Part shown: one piece after another, positions 26,688-35,777 of the stretch | Numbering within the stretch: position 1 is the stretch's first letter | Layout of the letters: each line of letters opens with the position of its first letter | From: a virus | Taxonomy: Duplodnaviria; Caudoviricetes | Strand: one strand, 5' to 3' | IMG/VR virus record: IMGVR_UViG_3300027833_001738 | Coordinates: 2,912 to 66,911 of that record | DNA length: 64,000 nt | Notes under the pieces: model-generated | Database searches by the model: none | What the model saw: the letters and a program-made list of their open reading frames with translations, nothing else | Told to the model about the DNA's origin: nothing | Translations under genes and position numbers: made by a program

Positions 26688-27901
26688 TGAGATTAGATGA
26701 ATTAGATAAGAAAATCACACAATCTGATATAGATGCATTAGAAACTTTTGCCGATAGAATATTTGGTAAAGTTGGTATTGATGTAGAATTTACACGTCAC
26801 TTCTTAGACAGAGTAAACGATGACCGTAATGGTGAGCAAATTACTGGTAGCGAACTAACACGCCTATTCAAACAAGAATACAAACGTTGGGGTAAGCCAA
26901 TCGCACAGATGGGTCCAGACCAAGAAGCAGTAATGAAAGATTTACAGACAGATATCAATATGCCATTTGCACTACGTTGGGATAAAGATAACAATGAATT
27001 AGATTTGATTGTTAAAACTGTTATGCGTAAGAAAGACTTTAAAACATCTAACAAAGAATTCCCAGTAGAATCAATAGAAGAAAGTCCTTCAGTAATGTCA
27101 TCACAACAAATGTTGACAAAACTATCAAAAGAAATGCAAGGCACACATACAGGTACATCTAACCCAAACTCTGATTGGTCAAAGTTTGTTCTATCTCATA
27201 AAGGGTTTACACTTAAAGATGTACAAGTTGACCAGATACCAACAGCCGTTAACAGTGACGGAATGAGTCAGGCTAATATTGAAAAATATAAACAAGCAGA
27301 TTTATCAAAATTCCCACCAATGGTAATAGGCAACGATGGATATATATTAGATGGTAATCATAGACTTCAAGCATATAAGGCACAAGGTATTAAAACAGTC
27401 AAAGCCTACATAGGCGAAGAATCTGAGATTTACCAGTGGAACAAAGAAGACCCTAACAATCCTGAAGTATATATTCATGGATATGGCAGACTTATGCTTA
27501 ATCAAATAGAAGATAGTATAGTTCGTAAACTTGAAGAACTGACTAAGATGGCAAAACGAGGGGACTTTGAGCAAATACAACATCTATTAGACAGAGATGT
27601 AATGCAGTCAATGATGAAAGCAGTTGTTGACACAAGAGCAGAACTACAAGCAACTCGCAAAAGAGGTGGACCAAAGTCACGTGGTATCAACAAAGAATCT
27701 ATACTTAGTAATACACTAGAAGACGAACTAGCAGACAAGTTTGATGAAGTTAAAAAGAGTGTAACAGAGTATGGTGTAGGTAAAATCGTACCAGGTATTA
27801 ACACTACTGTTGATGTAGGTCCTAACGAGATTAAGAAACAAGCGGCGAAGTTTGGCAATAAAGTTAGTAAAGACGGATTACCTAAGAAAAATCTACGATA
27901 A
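26687..27901 (+). CDS. multidomain protein: N-terminal HF.DR domain, ParB/Srx-like domain, further modules
   Basis: FTRHFLDR...KTVMRK; PPMVI...ILDGNHRLQA; modules separated by ESIEES, IGEES, VTEY. Confidence 0.7.
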   Translation: MRLDELDKKITQSDIDALETFADRIFGKVGIDVEFTRHFLDRVNDDRNGEQITGSELTRLFKQEYKRWGKPIAQMGPDQEAVMKDLQTDINMPFALRWDKDNNELDLIVKTVMRKKDFKTSNKEFPVESIEESPSVMSSQQMLTKLSKEMQGTHTGTSNPNSDWSKFVLSHKGFTLKDVQVDQIPTAVNSDGMSQANIEKYKQADLSKFPPMVIGNDGYILDGNHRLQAYKAQGIKTVKAYIGEESEIYQWNKEDPNNPEVYIHGYGRLMLNQIEDSIVRKLEELTKMAKRGDFEQIQHLLDRDVMQSMMKAVVDTRAELQATRKRGGPKSRGINKESILSNTLEDELADKFDEVKKSVTEYGVGKIVPGINTTVDVGPNEIKKQAAKFGNKVSKDGLPKKNLR

Positions 27902-27911
27902 AGGCATTCAA

Positions 27912-29141
27912 GTGTATAACAAAGATACCATGTGTTATAAAACTTGGAATGATATTATCATATCGTTACCCAAGAAAACAGTTAGTTGGTGTTGTAAGAC
28001 AAACTTAACTGAACAACAAACAAAAGAAACTACATTTGATTTAGATATCTTAAACAATAAAGGTATAGATTTTCTTTTCAATCATCCAATTCTTCAAAAG
28101 AGAAAAAAAGAACTAGCAACTGGTATAAGATGTGCAGATTGTCACGTATGTTGGGAATCAGAAGATAGGTCTGGAGAAAGTCATAGAACATTATATACTA
28201 ATCATTCTGTTGAATTTGATTATGATACGCCTGCTACCTTTATTGAACTTGAACTGACAAACAAGTGTAATCTAGCCTGTGTATACTGTGGACCACAACT
28301 TAGTTCGAGGTGGCAAAAAGAATTAAAACAACGACATCCTGATACTGAAGATGAAATATTTCATAAAGTAATGGATTTACTGGCTGAGTATTTCAATACC
28401 AAACTAACAAATAAACCATATATCAATATCAGTCTATTAGGTGGTGAGCCTTTCTTTACTGACCACATGTATGTATTCCTAGAATACCTTTCAAAATTCC
28501 ATGTAAAATCTGAACAAGAAGTAACAGTTACAATCACAACTGGCATGGCTTTTCCTGAAAAGAAATTTACGAAATTTATTGAGTTAATTGAACGTACTCC
28601 TAACATAATATATATTATGCAGTTATCTGGAGAAGCAATTGATAAGAGAGCAGAACTAATTCGATGGGGTCTAAACTTTGAAACGTGGGACAATAACTTA
28701 GATATGTTCTTAACAGAGTCAGCAAGATTGAAGAATTTAGTTATAGGATTTGGTTGTGCCCATAATGCCTTATCTCTGCCGTATTTCAAAGACTTTCTTG
28801 TATACATTAATAAAAAACTGGCAAAACATGAATACAAATCTGTTGTGTGGTTTTTAATCAACTATATAGAAGACCCACAGCACTTATCCATATCAATGCT
28901 AAATAATTATCATGCAGATGCTGTAACAGAGCAGATAGAATATATGGAGAATGAAATGACCAATCTTTATAAGAAAGATGAGTATATTACTATGCTGAGG
29001 TCACTCAGAAATCAAATTTTGAATGCGAATGTCACTACAGAGATGAAGCAAAATGCTTCAGATGAATTTAAAAGATTAGAAAATAGACGAAATATATCAT
29101 TCAAATCTGAATTCCCGCACTTCGATGAACTAGTTAAATGA
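27912..29141 (+). CDS. radical SAM protein with an N-terminal Cys-rich (SPASM/twitch-like) region
   Basis: CNLACVYC, SSRW, GGEP; N-terminal CC and C..C..CW..E; GTG 27912 chosen as the start after the upstream stop. Confidence 0.88.
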   Translation: MYNKDTMCYKTWNDIIISLPKKTVSWCCKTNLTEQQTKETTFDLDILNNKGIDFLFNHPILQKRKKELATGIRCADCHVCWESEDRSGESHRTLYTNHSVEFDYDTPATFIELELTNKCNLACVYCGPQLSSRWQKELKQRHPDTEDEIFHKVMDLLAEYFNTKLTNKPYINISLLGGEPFFTDHMYVFLEYLSKFHVKSEQEVTVTITTGMAFPEKKFTKFIELIERTPNIIYIMQLSGEAIDKRAELIRWGLNFETWDNNLDMFLTESARLKNLVIGFGCAHNALSLPYFKDFLVYINKKLAKHEYKSVVWFLINYIEDPQHLSISMLNNYHADAVTEQIEYMENEMTNLYKKDEYITMLRSLRNQILNANVTTEMKQNASDEFKRLENRRNISFKSEFPHFDELVK

Positions 29142-29161
29142 CAATTTAGATAAATACTATT

Positions 29162-29365
29162 ATGAAAATATATGAAGTTATAGGCGAAACAACAGCAGGT
29201 GCAATCGCAACTGTGGCATCTCCATTAGGTGGCGGTGACCCTTCGGCTAGTGTATATAGTAAAAAGAAAAAGAGCAAGAAAAAGAAGGCTAAGATGGGAT
29301 ATAGTGCTGATGTGGGCAATTTATCATACAAGCATCCAGTCAAAACTCCAATGATTAAAAGGTAG
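29162..29365 (+). CDS. small basic late protein (putative internal head protein)
   Basis: MKIYEVIGE-TTAGAIATV then Lys-rich; GATAAATA ends at 29156, ATG at 29162. Confidence 0.65.
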   Translation: MKIYEVIGETTAGAIATVASPLGGGDPSASVYSKKKKSKKKKAKMGYSADVGNLSYKHPVKTPMIKR

Positions 29366-29372
29366 AAGACTT

Positions 29373-32021
29373 ATGAAATTGACACAACTTACAGAACAAA
29401 AAGAACGTCCTTATGTGGTCTTTCACACTAAAAAAGGCAAATACGAAACTCATGCAGTATCATCTTATGATGCGGCAAAGAATGCGGCTAAACATTGGGG
29501 ATTAAAATCAACTGCTGGTATTACACCAAAGTTGGCTGATGTAGAGCATGTTGCTGAAGATTCAGATAAGAACTGTGGTTGCGGTCAAGACCCATGTGTA
29601 ACATACGGTAATAAGTCACATCAAGCAGAATCTTATGACGACTATCATGGTGATATGTCTAAAGAAGAATATGACAAAACAGTAAAAGGTTCTGAAATGG
29701 AATATTCTGTTTGGGTTGGTGGTACTGAAGTCAATGATAATTATTTACCATATGACGAAGCAGTCAGATTATACGACAAATATAAAGCACAAGGCTATGA
29801 TGATGTTCAGTTAGATGCTCGTATTAAAGAATCTGTAAATGAAGATGATTCTTTCAGAGATAGAGATAACTTTGTTACTGCATATATTGCCGCGGCAGAA
29901 GAATTAGCAGGTGAAGAATTCGAAGATGGTGACGTTGACTGGAGTCCTGAAGCAATGGAACAGATGGAACAAGATGCAGAAGATTTCTTTGCTAAAGCAG
30001 AAGACTTATTAGCCCAGACAGGTGTTGAAGACTCAAGACAACATGGTTATGATTTTTGGTTAACACGTAACGGACATGGTGTAGGCTTCTGGGATAGAGG
30101 TTACGGAGAAGTTGGTGATAAACTAACTGCATTAGCAGACAAGTACGGCTCTTCAGATATGTACAAAGGTGATGACGGCAAAGCATATGTTGAATCTATT
30201 AACGAAGCAGAAAAGCGTTGGAAACAAACTAGTATGTCTCCAGAAGAAGCAATTGAGAAATACGGCAAAGAAAACGTAAAAGTTAAAAAAGGTGCATTGC
30301 GTAATGGCGATGACATGGTAGAAGTATTTGTTGAATCATATTCACCAGGTGATGAGTATACTGATTCAGAAGGCATGGTAAGTAATTGCTGTGGTGCTCC
30401 TATGATGGACTATAACGATGGACACGGTAGATGCGGTGATTGTAAAGAAATGGCAGCCGGTGAGTCAGAAGAAGAATTTTATGAAAGTTATAGTAACGAT
30501 GGAAAAACAATTACGATATCAGATTACCAACCTGAAGGTGAGGCAAACGCACATAAGAAATTTAACTTGAGAAAGCAGATACACAGAGGCGAAGATGGTA
30601 AAGCAATAAAATCACCTTATGGCGGATATAAAGTTTCATTTCATGGAAGTGCAGAAGACGTAAAAGCATATGCTAACAACCATTTAGGTGAATCAATGAA
30701 TGAAGATGAAGAAGCAATTGCGGCTAGAGACGAATTCTTAAAAGTTATGGATATGAAACCAAAGAGTAGCCACAAAGCAATCGACACAATTAAGAAGATT
30801 GTAGCAGACAAACAAAACATGCAAGTCAAATTTGACGATGGCAAAATGAAAGTAGATTTATATACAGCATCAGCCGTTGCGGCAGTATACAATGCTGTAA
30901 ACGATGTTAACAAAGAAAAAATTGATAATATGCTAAGAACTAAAGAAGGCATGCTTAGAATGTCAAACTTTGCATTTAGCAAACTTAAAGAAGGTATTGC
31001 AGAAGGCAAACGTATTGATGAGATTTTACCATTAGTCGGTGCGATAGCAGGTGCTATCGGTAGAAAAGTTGCCGGCTCGGCAGTTAAAAACGTTGCTAAA
31101 AAGGCAGCCGGTGTGGCAGCAATGGGTACAGCAAACGCGGCAGGTAGTGCGGTTGGCAATGCGGCACAAAGTTCAGGCATGAATGCTTCAGCAAAAGCAA
31201 AAGGTAAAAAACTTAATGCAGTTAAAGAAGCAGGCGGATATTATACACAACCTGTATACGATATGATTAAACAACACGGTTATCCAAAAGTAATGCATAG
31301 ATTACTATCTGCCTTAGATGCAGATGTGATACAAGACTTTATAAGCCGAGAGCCAGATTTAGATGAATCAGTAAATGAAGCCGACATAGTAGGCGATAAT
31401 TATGCTAATGTATATTATGATTACAGTGAAAGTTTTTATATGATTGATGTATATAAAGATGGCAAAAAAGTAGAAGAATATGATGATTACATCGGCGCAA
31501 ATGAAGAAGGTGACCCAATCAAAGATAAGTTCTTAGAACTTGTTAAGAAAGCCGGTTTAGAACCAGAAGGACTTAATCTTATATCAACAGGTGGCGATGA
31601 ACCTGATGAATACGGTGTATTTAAGAATGGTAAATTCAACTGGGATAAGAGTGAGGCGTTGCCTGCAGTAGGAACAGCAGTTGCTGGTGGTCTTAAGAAG
31701 GCCGCAGGTGCAGTTGGAAAATTAGCAAACAAGGCAGACACAGCGGCGTTTGGTTTAAAAAGCAAAGACGGAGTTAAGTACAACGCAAATAGTCCACAAG
31801 GCAAAATGATTAGAAACATGGCTAAAAATGGTAAAACTCAAGGTGCTAGAAGCGATGCAAAGAAAGATTTAGTTAAAGGCATAGTTCCTGGTTTGAAAAA
31901 GAAAGTTGGTGGCATTAGCGGTATAATGAAAACTGCGGCAGCCTCATCTGGTTTCTTACCAGCATCTAAGCAATTTGCAAAAGATATGGTAGAAAAAGCC
32001 ATGAAGGACGCAGACAAATAA
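29373..32021 (+). CDS. mosaic multi-module protein (882 aa), putative head-packaged polyprotein
   Basis: MKLTQLTE start; a dozen or more unrelated modules (CGCGQDPC, GYDFWLTRNGHG.GFWD, CC...C..C Zn ribbon, KVDLYTASA, Ala/Gly/Lys amphipathic tracts) delimited by ESVNE/ESINE/ESMNE/VKE. Confidence 0.75.
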   Translation: MKLTQLTEQKERPYVVFHTKKGKYETHAVSSYDAAKNAAKHWGLKSTAGITPKLADVEHVAEDSDKNCGCGQDPCVTYGNKSHQAESYDDYHGDMSKEEYDKTVKGSEMEYSVWVGGTEVNDNYLPYDEAVRLYDKYKAQGYDDVQLDARIKESVNEDDSFRDRDNFVTAYIAAAEELAGEEFEDGDVDWSPEAMEQMEQDAEDFFAKAEDLLAQTGVEDSRQHGYDFWLTRNGHGVGFWDRGYGEVGDKLTALADKYGSSDMYKGDDGKAYVESINEAEKRWKQTSMSPEEAIEKYGKENVKVKKGALRNGDDMVEVFVESYSPGDEYTDSEGMVSNCCGAPMMDYNDGHGRCGDCKEMAAGESEEEFYESYSNDGKTITISDYQPEGEANAHKKFNLRKQIHRGEDGKAIKSPYGGYKVSFHGSAEDVKAYANNHLGESMNEDEEAIAARDEFLKVMDMKPKSSHKAIDTIKKIVADKQNMQVKFDDGKMKVDLYTASAVAAVYNAVNDVNKEKIDNMLRTKEGMLRMSNFAFSKLKEGIAEGKRIDEILPLVGAIAGAIGRKVAGSAVKNVAKKAAGVAAMGTANAAGSAVGNAAQSSGMNASAKAKGKKLNAVKEAGGYYTQPVYDMIKQHGYPKVMHRLLSALDADVIQDFISREPDLDESVNEADIVGDNYANVYYDYSESFYMIDVYKDGKKVEEYDDYIGANEEGDPIKDKFLELVKKAGLEPEGLNLISTGGDEPDEYGVFKNGKFNWDKSEALPAVGTAVAGGLKKAAGAVGKLANKADTAAFGLKSKDGVKYNANSPQGKMIRNMAKNGKTQGARSDAKKDLVKGIVPGLKKKVGGISGIMKTAAASSGFLPASKQFAKDMVEKAMKDADK

Positions 32022-32034
32022 TCATAAAAACCTA

Positions 32035-32092
32035 TTGACTTTGTAAGTCACTTATGTTAATATATAAAGAGTGTGTAAAAGCACTCTTTTTT
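32035..32092 (+). promoter_or_regulatory. sigma70 promoter overlapping a terminator hairpin
   Basis: TTGACT-N17-TAATAT then AAAGAGTG..CACTCTTTTTT; same architecture at 52875. Confidence 0.65.
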
Positions 32093-32117
32093 ATTGTCCA
32101 ACTTATAGGAGATTTAT

Positions 32118-32378
32118 ATGTCAATTGATGCAATTAACGAAGAAGAAAAAGCAAAACTCATTCAATTAGTGAACGAAGGTTGCTTAGTTCTACAAGAATG
32201 TGAAGACCTGAAAGGCGGATTACGTGATACTGTGAGAGCAATTGCTGAAGAAATCGATGTTAAACCAGCGGTTTTAAACAAAGCAATCTCTGTGGCACAT
32301 AAGGCAAAACTTGCTGAAACTCGCCAAGACTTTGAAGATATGGAAACTATCTTAGAAACAGTAGGTCGCACTCTTTGA
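32118..32378 (+). CDS. small helical dsDNA-binding protein (T4 DsbA/GapR-like)
   Basis: KL.QL..EG....E..DL...L.D....IAEE....P..L.K pattern; directly upstream of the polymerase. Confidence 0.55.
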   Translation: MSIDAINEEEKAKLIQLVNEGCLVLQECEDLKGGLRDTVRAIAEEIDVKPAVLNKAISVAHKAKLAETRQDFEDMETILETVGRTL

Positions 32379-35182
32379 GTTATGTAGATGCTTTCTACAA
32401 CAAAGACAAAGATATTGTTCAAGTTGTAGAACGAATTAAAGGTAAACGAGTTTACAGTGATTATCCAGCGTGGCGTACTTTCTATGTGAAAGACCCACGT
32501 GGTGACCATCTAAGTATTAATGGTGAAAAAGTTCGTCAAATCAAATGTAAACGTCTCAAAGACCTCCATAAAGAACGAAAGATAAACGTAGGCAAAACAT
32601 TTTACGAAAGTGATATGAAACCTGAAGTTAAGTGTTTGAGTGAGAACTACAACGGTGTAGAATCACCAACACTTAATACTGCTTTCTTCGATATTGAGAC
32701 TGACTTTGATGCGACTAAAGGCTTCGCTGACCCTAGTGACCCGTTCATGGCAATCACAGCCATTACGGTTCATTTACAATGGCTTGACTTACTTGTCACA
32801 CTTGTAATCCCACCAAAAGGTATGCGTGAAGGCGAAGGTCTTGCTGAGGCTCAAAGAATCTGTGAGCAATTTCCGAATACAGAACTATACCTAAGTGAAG
32901 CAGACATGCTCAATGACTTCTTAGATGTGATTGAAGATGCTGATGTGTTAACTGGTTGGAACTCTGAAGGTTATGATATTCCATATACTGTTAATCGAAT
33001 TACTAGAATACTAAGCAAGTCACATACACGCAAGATGTGTTTGTGGGATTTAGTACCACAGAAGCGTAAGATAGTAAAGTATGGTAAAGAACAAGAAACG
33101 TTTGACTTGTTTGGCAGAATTCACCTTGACTACTTAGAACTATATCGCAAGTATACCTACCACGAAATGCATTCATATGCACTTGATACGATTGGCGAAC
33201 ATGAAGTAGGTGAACAAAAAGTTGCATATGATGGCACATTAGACCAGTTATATAACAACGACTTCTACAAGTTCGTGGCATACAACAGACAAGACGTTGC
33301 ACTACTTGATAAGATTGATAAGAAACTAAGATTTATTGAACTGGCAAACGAGATTGCACACGATAATACAGTGAATATCAAAACAACAATGGGTGCAGTT
33401 GCAGTTACAGAACAAGCAATTATTAATGAAGCACACAGAAGAGGCATGGTTGTTCCTGACAGAAAGAGACGTGAATGGTCAGATGATGATGTTGAATTAA
33501 CAGATGAAGATTTACACGACTTAGAAATGCAGAAGGCCGCTGGTGCTTTTGTGGCAGTTCCTAAGAAAGGTTTACAGAAGTGGGTAGCAGGTATTGATAT
33601 CAACTCTCTTTATCCATCAGTTATTCGTGCTATGAATATGTCACCTGAAACTATTGCGGGACAACTTCGACCAGACTTAACCGACAAACTAATCGGTGAC
33701 AGAATATCTGAAGGTAGAAAGACTGGTGCTAAAACATATGGTTCTTCTCAAGCATGGGATGAAACATTTAGTTCAGAAGAATTTCGTGTTCTAAACGAGA
33801 AAGACAAAGCAAGTAGAGTTACTTTAGTCCTAGAAGATAGTCCATATGAAGATATGAAAACTACCCAAACAGTGTCTGGTGCAGAAGCATACGAATTGAT
33901 ATTCAATAGCGGCTTGAACTGGACTGTGACTGCAAATGGCACTATCTTCAAACAAGATGTTCAAGGTATCATTCCAAGTTTACTAGAACGATGGTATGCA
34001 GAACGACAAGTCATGCAACAAAGCAAGAAACAGGCTATTGCAGATGGTGATAAAGAACAGATTGCATATTGGGACAAACGACAGTTAGTTAAAAAGATTA
34101 ACTTGAACTCTCTATACGGTGCGTTGTTGAACCAAGGGTGTCGTTTTTATGATAAACGTATTGGTCAGAGTACAACACTTACAGGCCGTTGTATTACTCG
34201 ACATATGGGTGCTAAGACAAATGAAGTTATTGCAGGACATTATGACTATAAAGGTCCAGCAGTTATCTATGGTGATACAGACTCCATTTACTATTCAATG
34301 TATCCTGTTTACAAACAAGAGATTGATGATGGGACTATAGAATGGACTAAAGATAAAGTCTTAGAGTTATATGATGAAGTTGCCAACCAAGTTAACACTA
34401 GTTTTCCAGACTTTATGAAAACATTCTTTAATGTTCCTAGAAAAGAAGGTGAGATTATTGTTGCTGGTCGTGAAAACTGTGCTACACAAGGTATCTTTAT
34501 CAAAAAGAAACGCTATGCGATGCTTATATATGATGATGATGGCGAACGTAGAGATGTTGATGGTAAACCTGGCAAGATTAAAGCGATGGGTCTTGACCTT
34601 AAACGTTCTGATACACCGAAGTATATGCAAAACTTCTTAAGTGAAGTACTTTTGAAGGTGTTGCTTGATGGTAGCAGAGAAGATGTTATCGATATGGTGA
34701 AAGAATTTAAGAAAGAGTTTAGGGCAAAGCCAGGTTGGGAAAAAGGTTCTCAGTCCCGTGTGAACAATTTGACTTCATACAAGAACCGAGTGAACGCCGC
34801 CAAGAAGGCAATGGCAAGAGATGTGAGCGTAGGTGGTGATACATCTAAGAAAGACAAAGTACATCTTCCTGGTCATGTATCAGCCGCCTTGAACTGGAAT
34901 ATGTTACGTGAACTCAACCAAGACAGGTATGCGGTAGAGATTGTAGATGGTATGAAGTGCATCATTTGTAAACTGAAACCAAATACATTCAAGTTAAAGA
35001 GTGTAGCATATCCAATTGATGCTACAAAGATACCACAATGGTTTCAGGATTTGCCATTTGACCACGAGTTAATGGAACAAACGATTGTTGATAAGAAGTT
35101 AGACAACTTGATTGGCGTTTTGAATTGGGATATGAGTGATGCAAATGCATCCGAAACTTTTGACAACTTGTTTGATTTATAA
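32375..35182 (+). CDS. family B DNA polymerase (gp43-like)
   Basis: Exo motifs FDIET, WN...YD, YN..D; polymerase motifs DINSLYPS, K...NSLYG, YGDTDS, KKRY; TTG start. Confidence 0.96.
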   Translation: MSYVDAFYNKDKDIVQVVERIKGKRVYSDYPAWRTFYVKDPRGDHLSINGEKVRQIKCKRLKDLHKERKINVGKTFYESDMKPEVKCLSENYNGVESPTLNTAFFDIETDFDATKGFADPSDPFMAITAITVHLQWLDLLVTLVIPPKGMREGEGLAEAQRICEQFPNTELYLSEADMLNDFLDVIEDADVLTGWNSEGYDIPYTVNRITRILSKSHTRKMCLWDLVPQKRKIVKYGKEQETFDLFGRIHLDYLELYRKYTYHEMHSYALDTIGEHEVGEQKVAYDGTLDQLYNNDFYKFVAYNRQDVALLDKIDKKLRFIELANEIAHDNTVNIKTTMGAVAVTEQAIINEAHRRGMVVPDRKRREWSDDDVELTDEDLHDLEMQKAAGAFVAVPKKGLQKWVAGIDINSLYPSVIRAMNMSPETIAGQLRPDLTDKLIGDRISEGRKTGAKTYGSSQAWDETFSSEEFRVLNEKDKASRVTLVLEDSPYEDMKTTQTVSGAEAYELIFNSGLNWTVTANGTIFKQDVQGIIPSLLERWYAERQVMQQSKKQAIADGDKEQIAYWDKRQLVKKINLNSLYGALLNQGCRFYDKRIGQSTTLTGRCITRHMGAKTNEVIAGHYDYKGPAVIYGDTDSIYYSMYPVYKQEIDDGTIEWTKDKVLELYDEVANQVNTSFPDFMKTFFNVPRKEGEIIVAGRENCATQGIFIKKKRYAMLIYDDDGERRDVDGKPGKIKAMGLDLKRSDTPKYMQNFLSEVLLKVLLDGSREDVIDMVKEFKKEFRAKPGWEKGSQSRVNNLTSYKNRVNAAKKAMARDVSVGGDTSKKDKVHLPGHVSAALNWNMLRELNQDRYAVEIVDGMKCIICKLKPNTFKLKSVAYPIDATKIPQWFQDLPFDHELMEQTIVDKKLDNLIGVLNWDMSDANASETFDNLFDL

Positions 35183-35724
35183 TGAGCAATACTTACACAG
35201 ACTTAATTCAGAGACGGGCGAGAAACAAAGAGTCAGATGAATGTTATACACCATCTGACCAAGTTCAGCCACTTCTGGAATATATCGATAAGGATAAAAC
35301 TTATTATGAAGCGACTAGTGGTACATCTAATCTAATCGTAGATGGCTTTAATAACAATGGATATAAGATAATACCAAGTGAAGGTAAAGACTTTTTCGAT
35401 TGTGAGCCAGATGATGTATATGATGGCATTATAACTAATCCGCCATATAGTATCAAAGATAAGTTTATAGAACACTGTTATGCTCTAGGTAAACCATTTG
35501 CGTTGTTATTGCCAGTAACAAGTTTTCAAGGTGGAAAACGAGGCAGAATGTTTATAGAGCATGGCATGTCTACACTTGTATATAATAATCGTGTAGACTT
35601 TACAGGAAAGGGTAATCCAACATTCGGTAATGCTTGGTTTATGCATGGGTTTTTACCCCCTAATACGATTTATTGGGTAGATAATCCTAAACAAAGTAAG
35701 AAAACCAAGTCAATTATAGGTTGA
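35182..35724 (+). CDS. putative N6-adenine DNA methyltransferase
   Basis: DE.YTP, YEATSG.S (motif I variant), DFF, IITNPPY (motif IV). Confidence 0.75.
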   Translation: MSNTYTDLIQRRARNKESDECYTPSDQVQPLLEYIDKDKTYYEATSGTSNLIVDGFNNNGYKIIPSEGKDFFDCEPDDVYDGIITNPPYSIKDKFIEHCYALGKPFALLLPVTSFQGGKRGRMFIEHGMSTLVYNNRVDFTGKGNPTFGNAWFMHGFLPPNTIYWVDNPKQSKKTKSIIG

Positions 35725-35750
35725 CAAATGGTAATGGAATATGTTATAAT
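35721..35750 (+). promoter_or_regulatory. sigma70-type promoter
   Basis: TTGACA-N18-TATAAT with TG extension. Confidence 0.7.
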
Positions 35751-35777
35751 TAATGAAATCAATCAGGAGAACTAAAC

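Noticed and set aside
32375-35182. Intein or intron in the DNA polymerase
   Set aside because: Continuous 935-aa ORF with normally spaced motifs; no splice-junction or LAGLIDADG signatures noticed.
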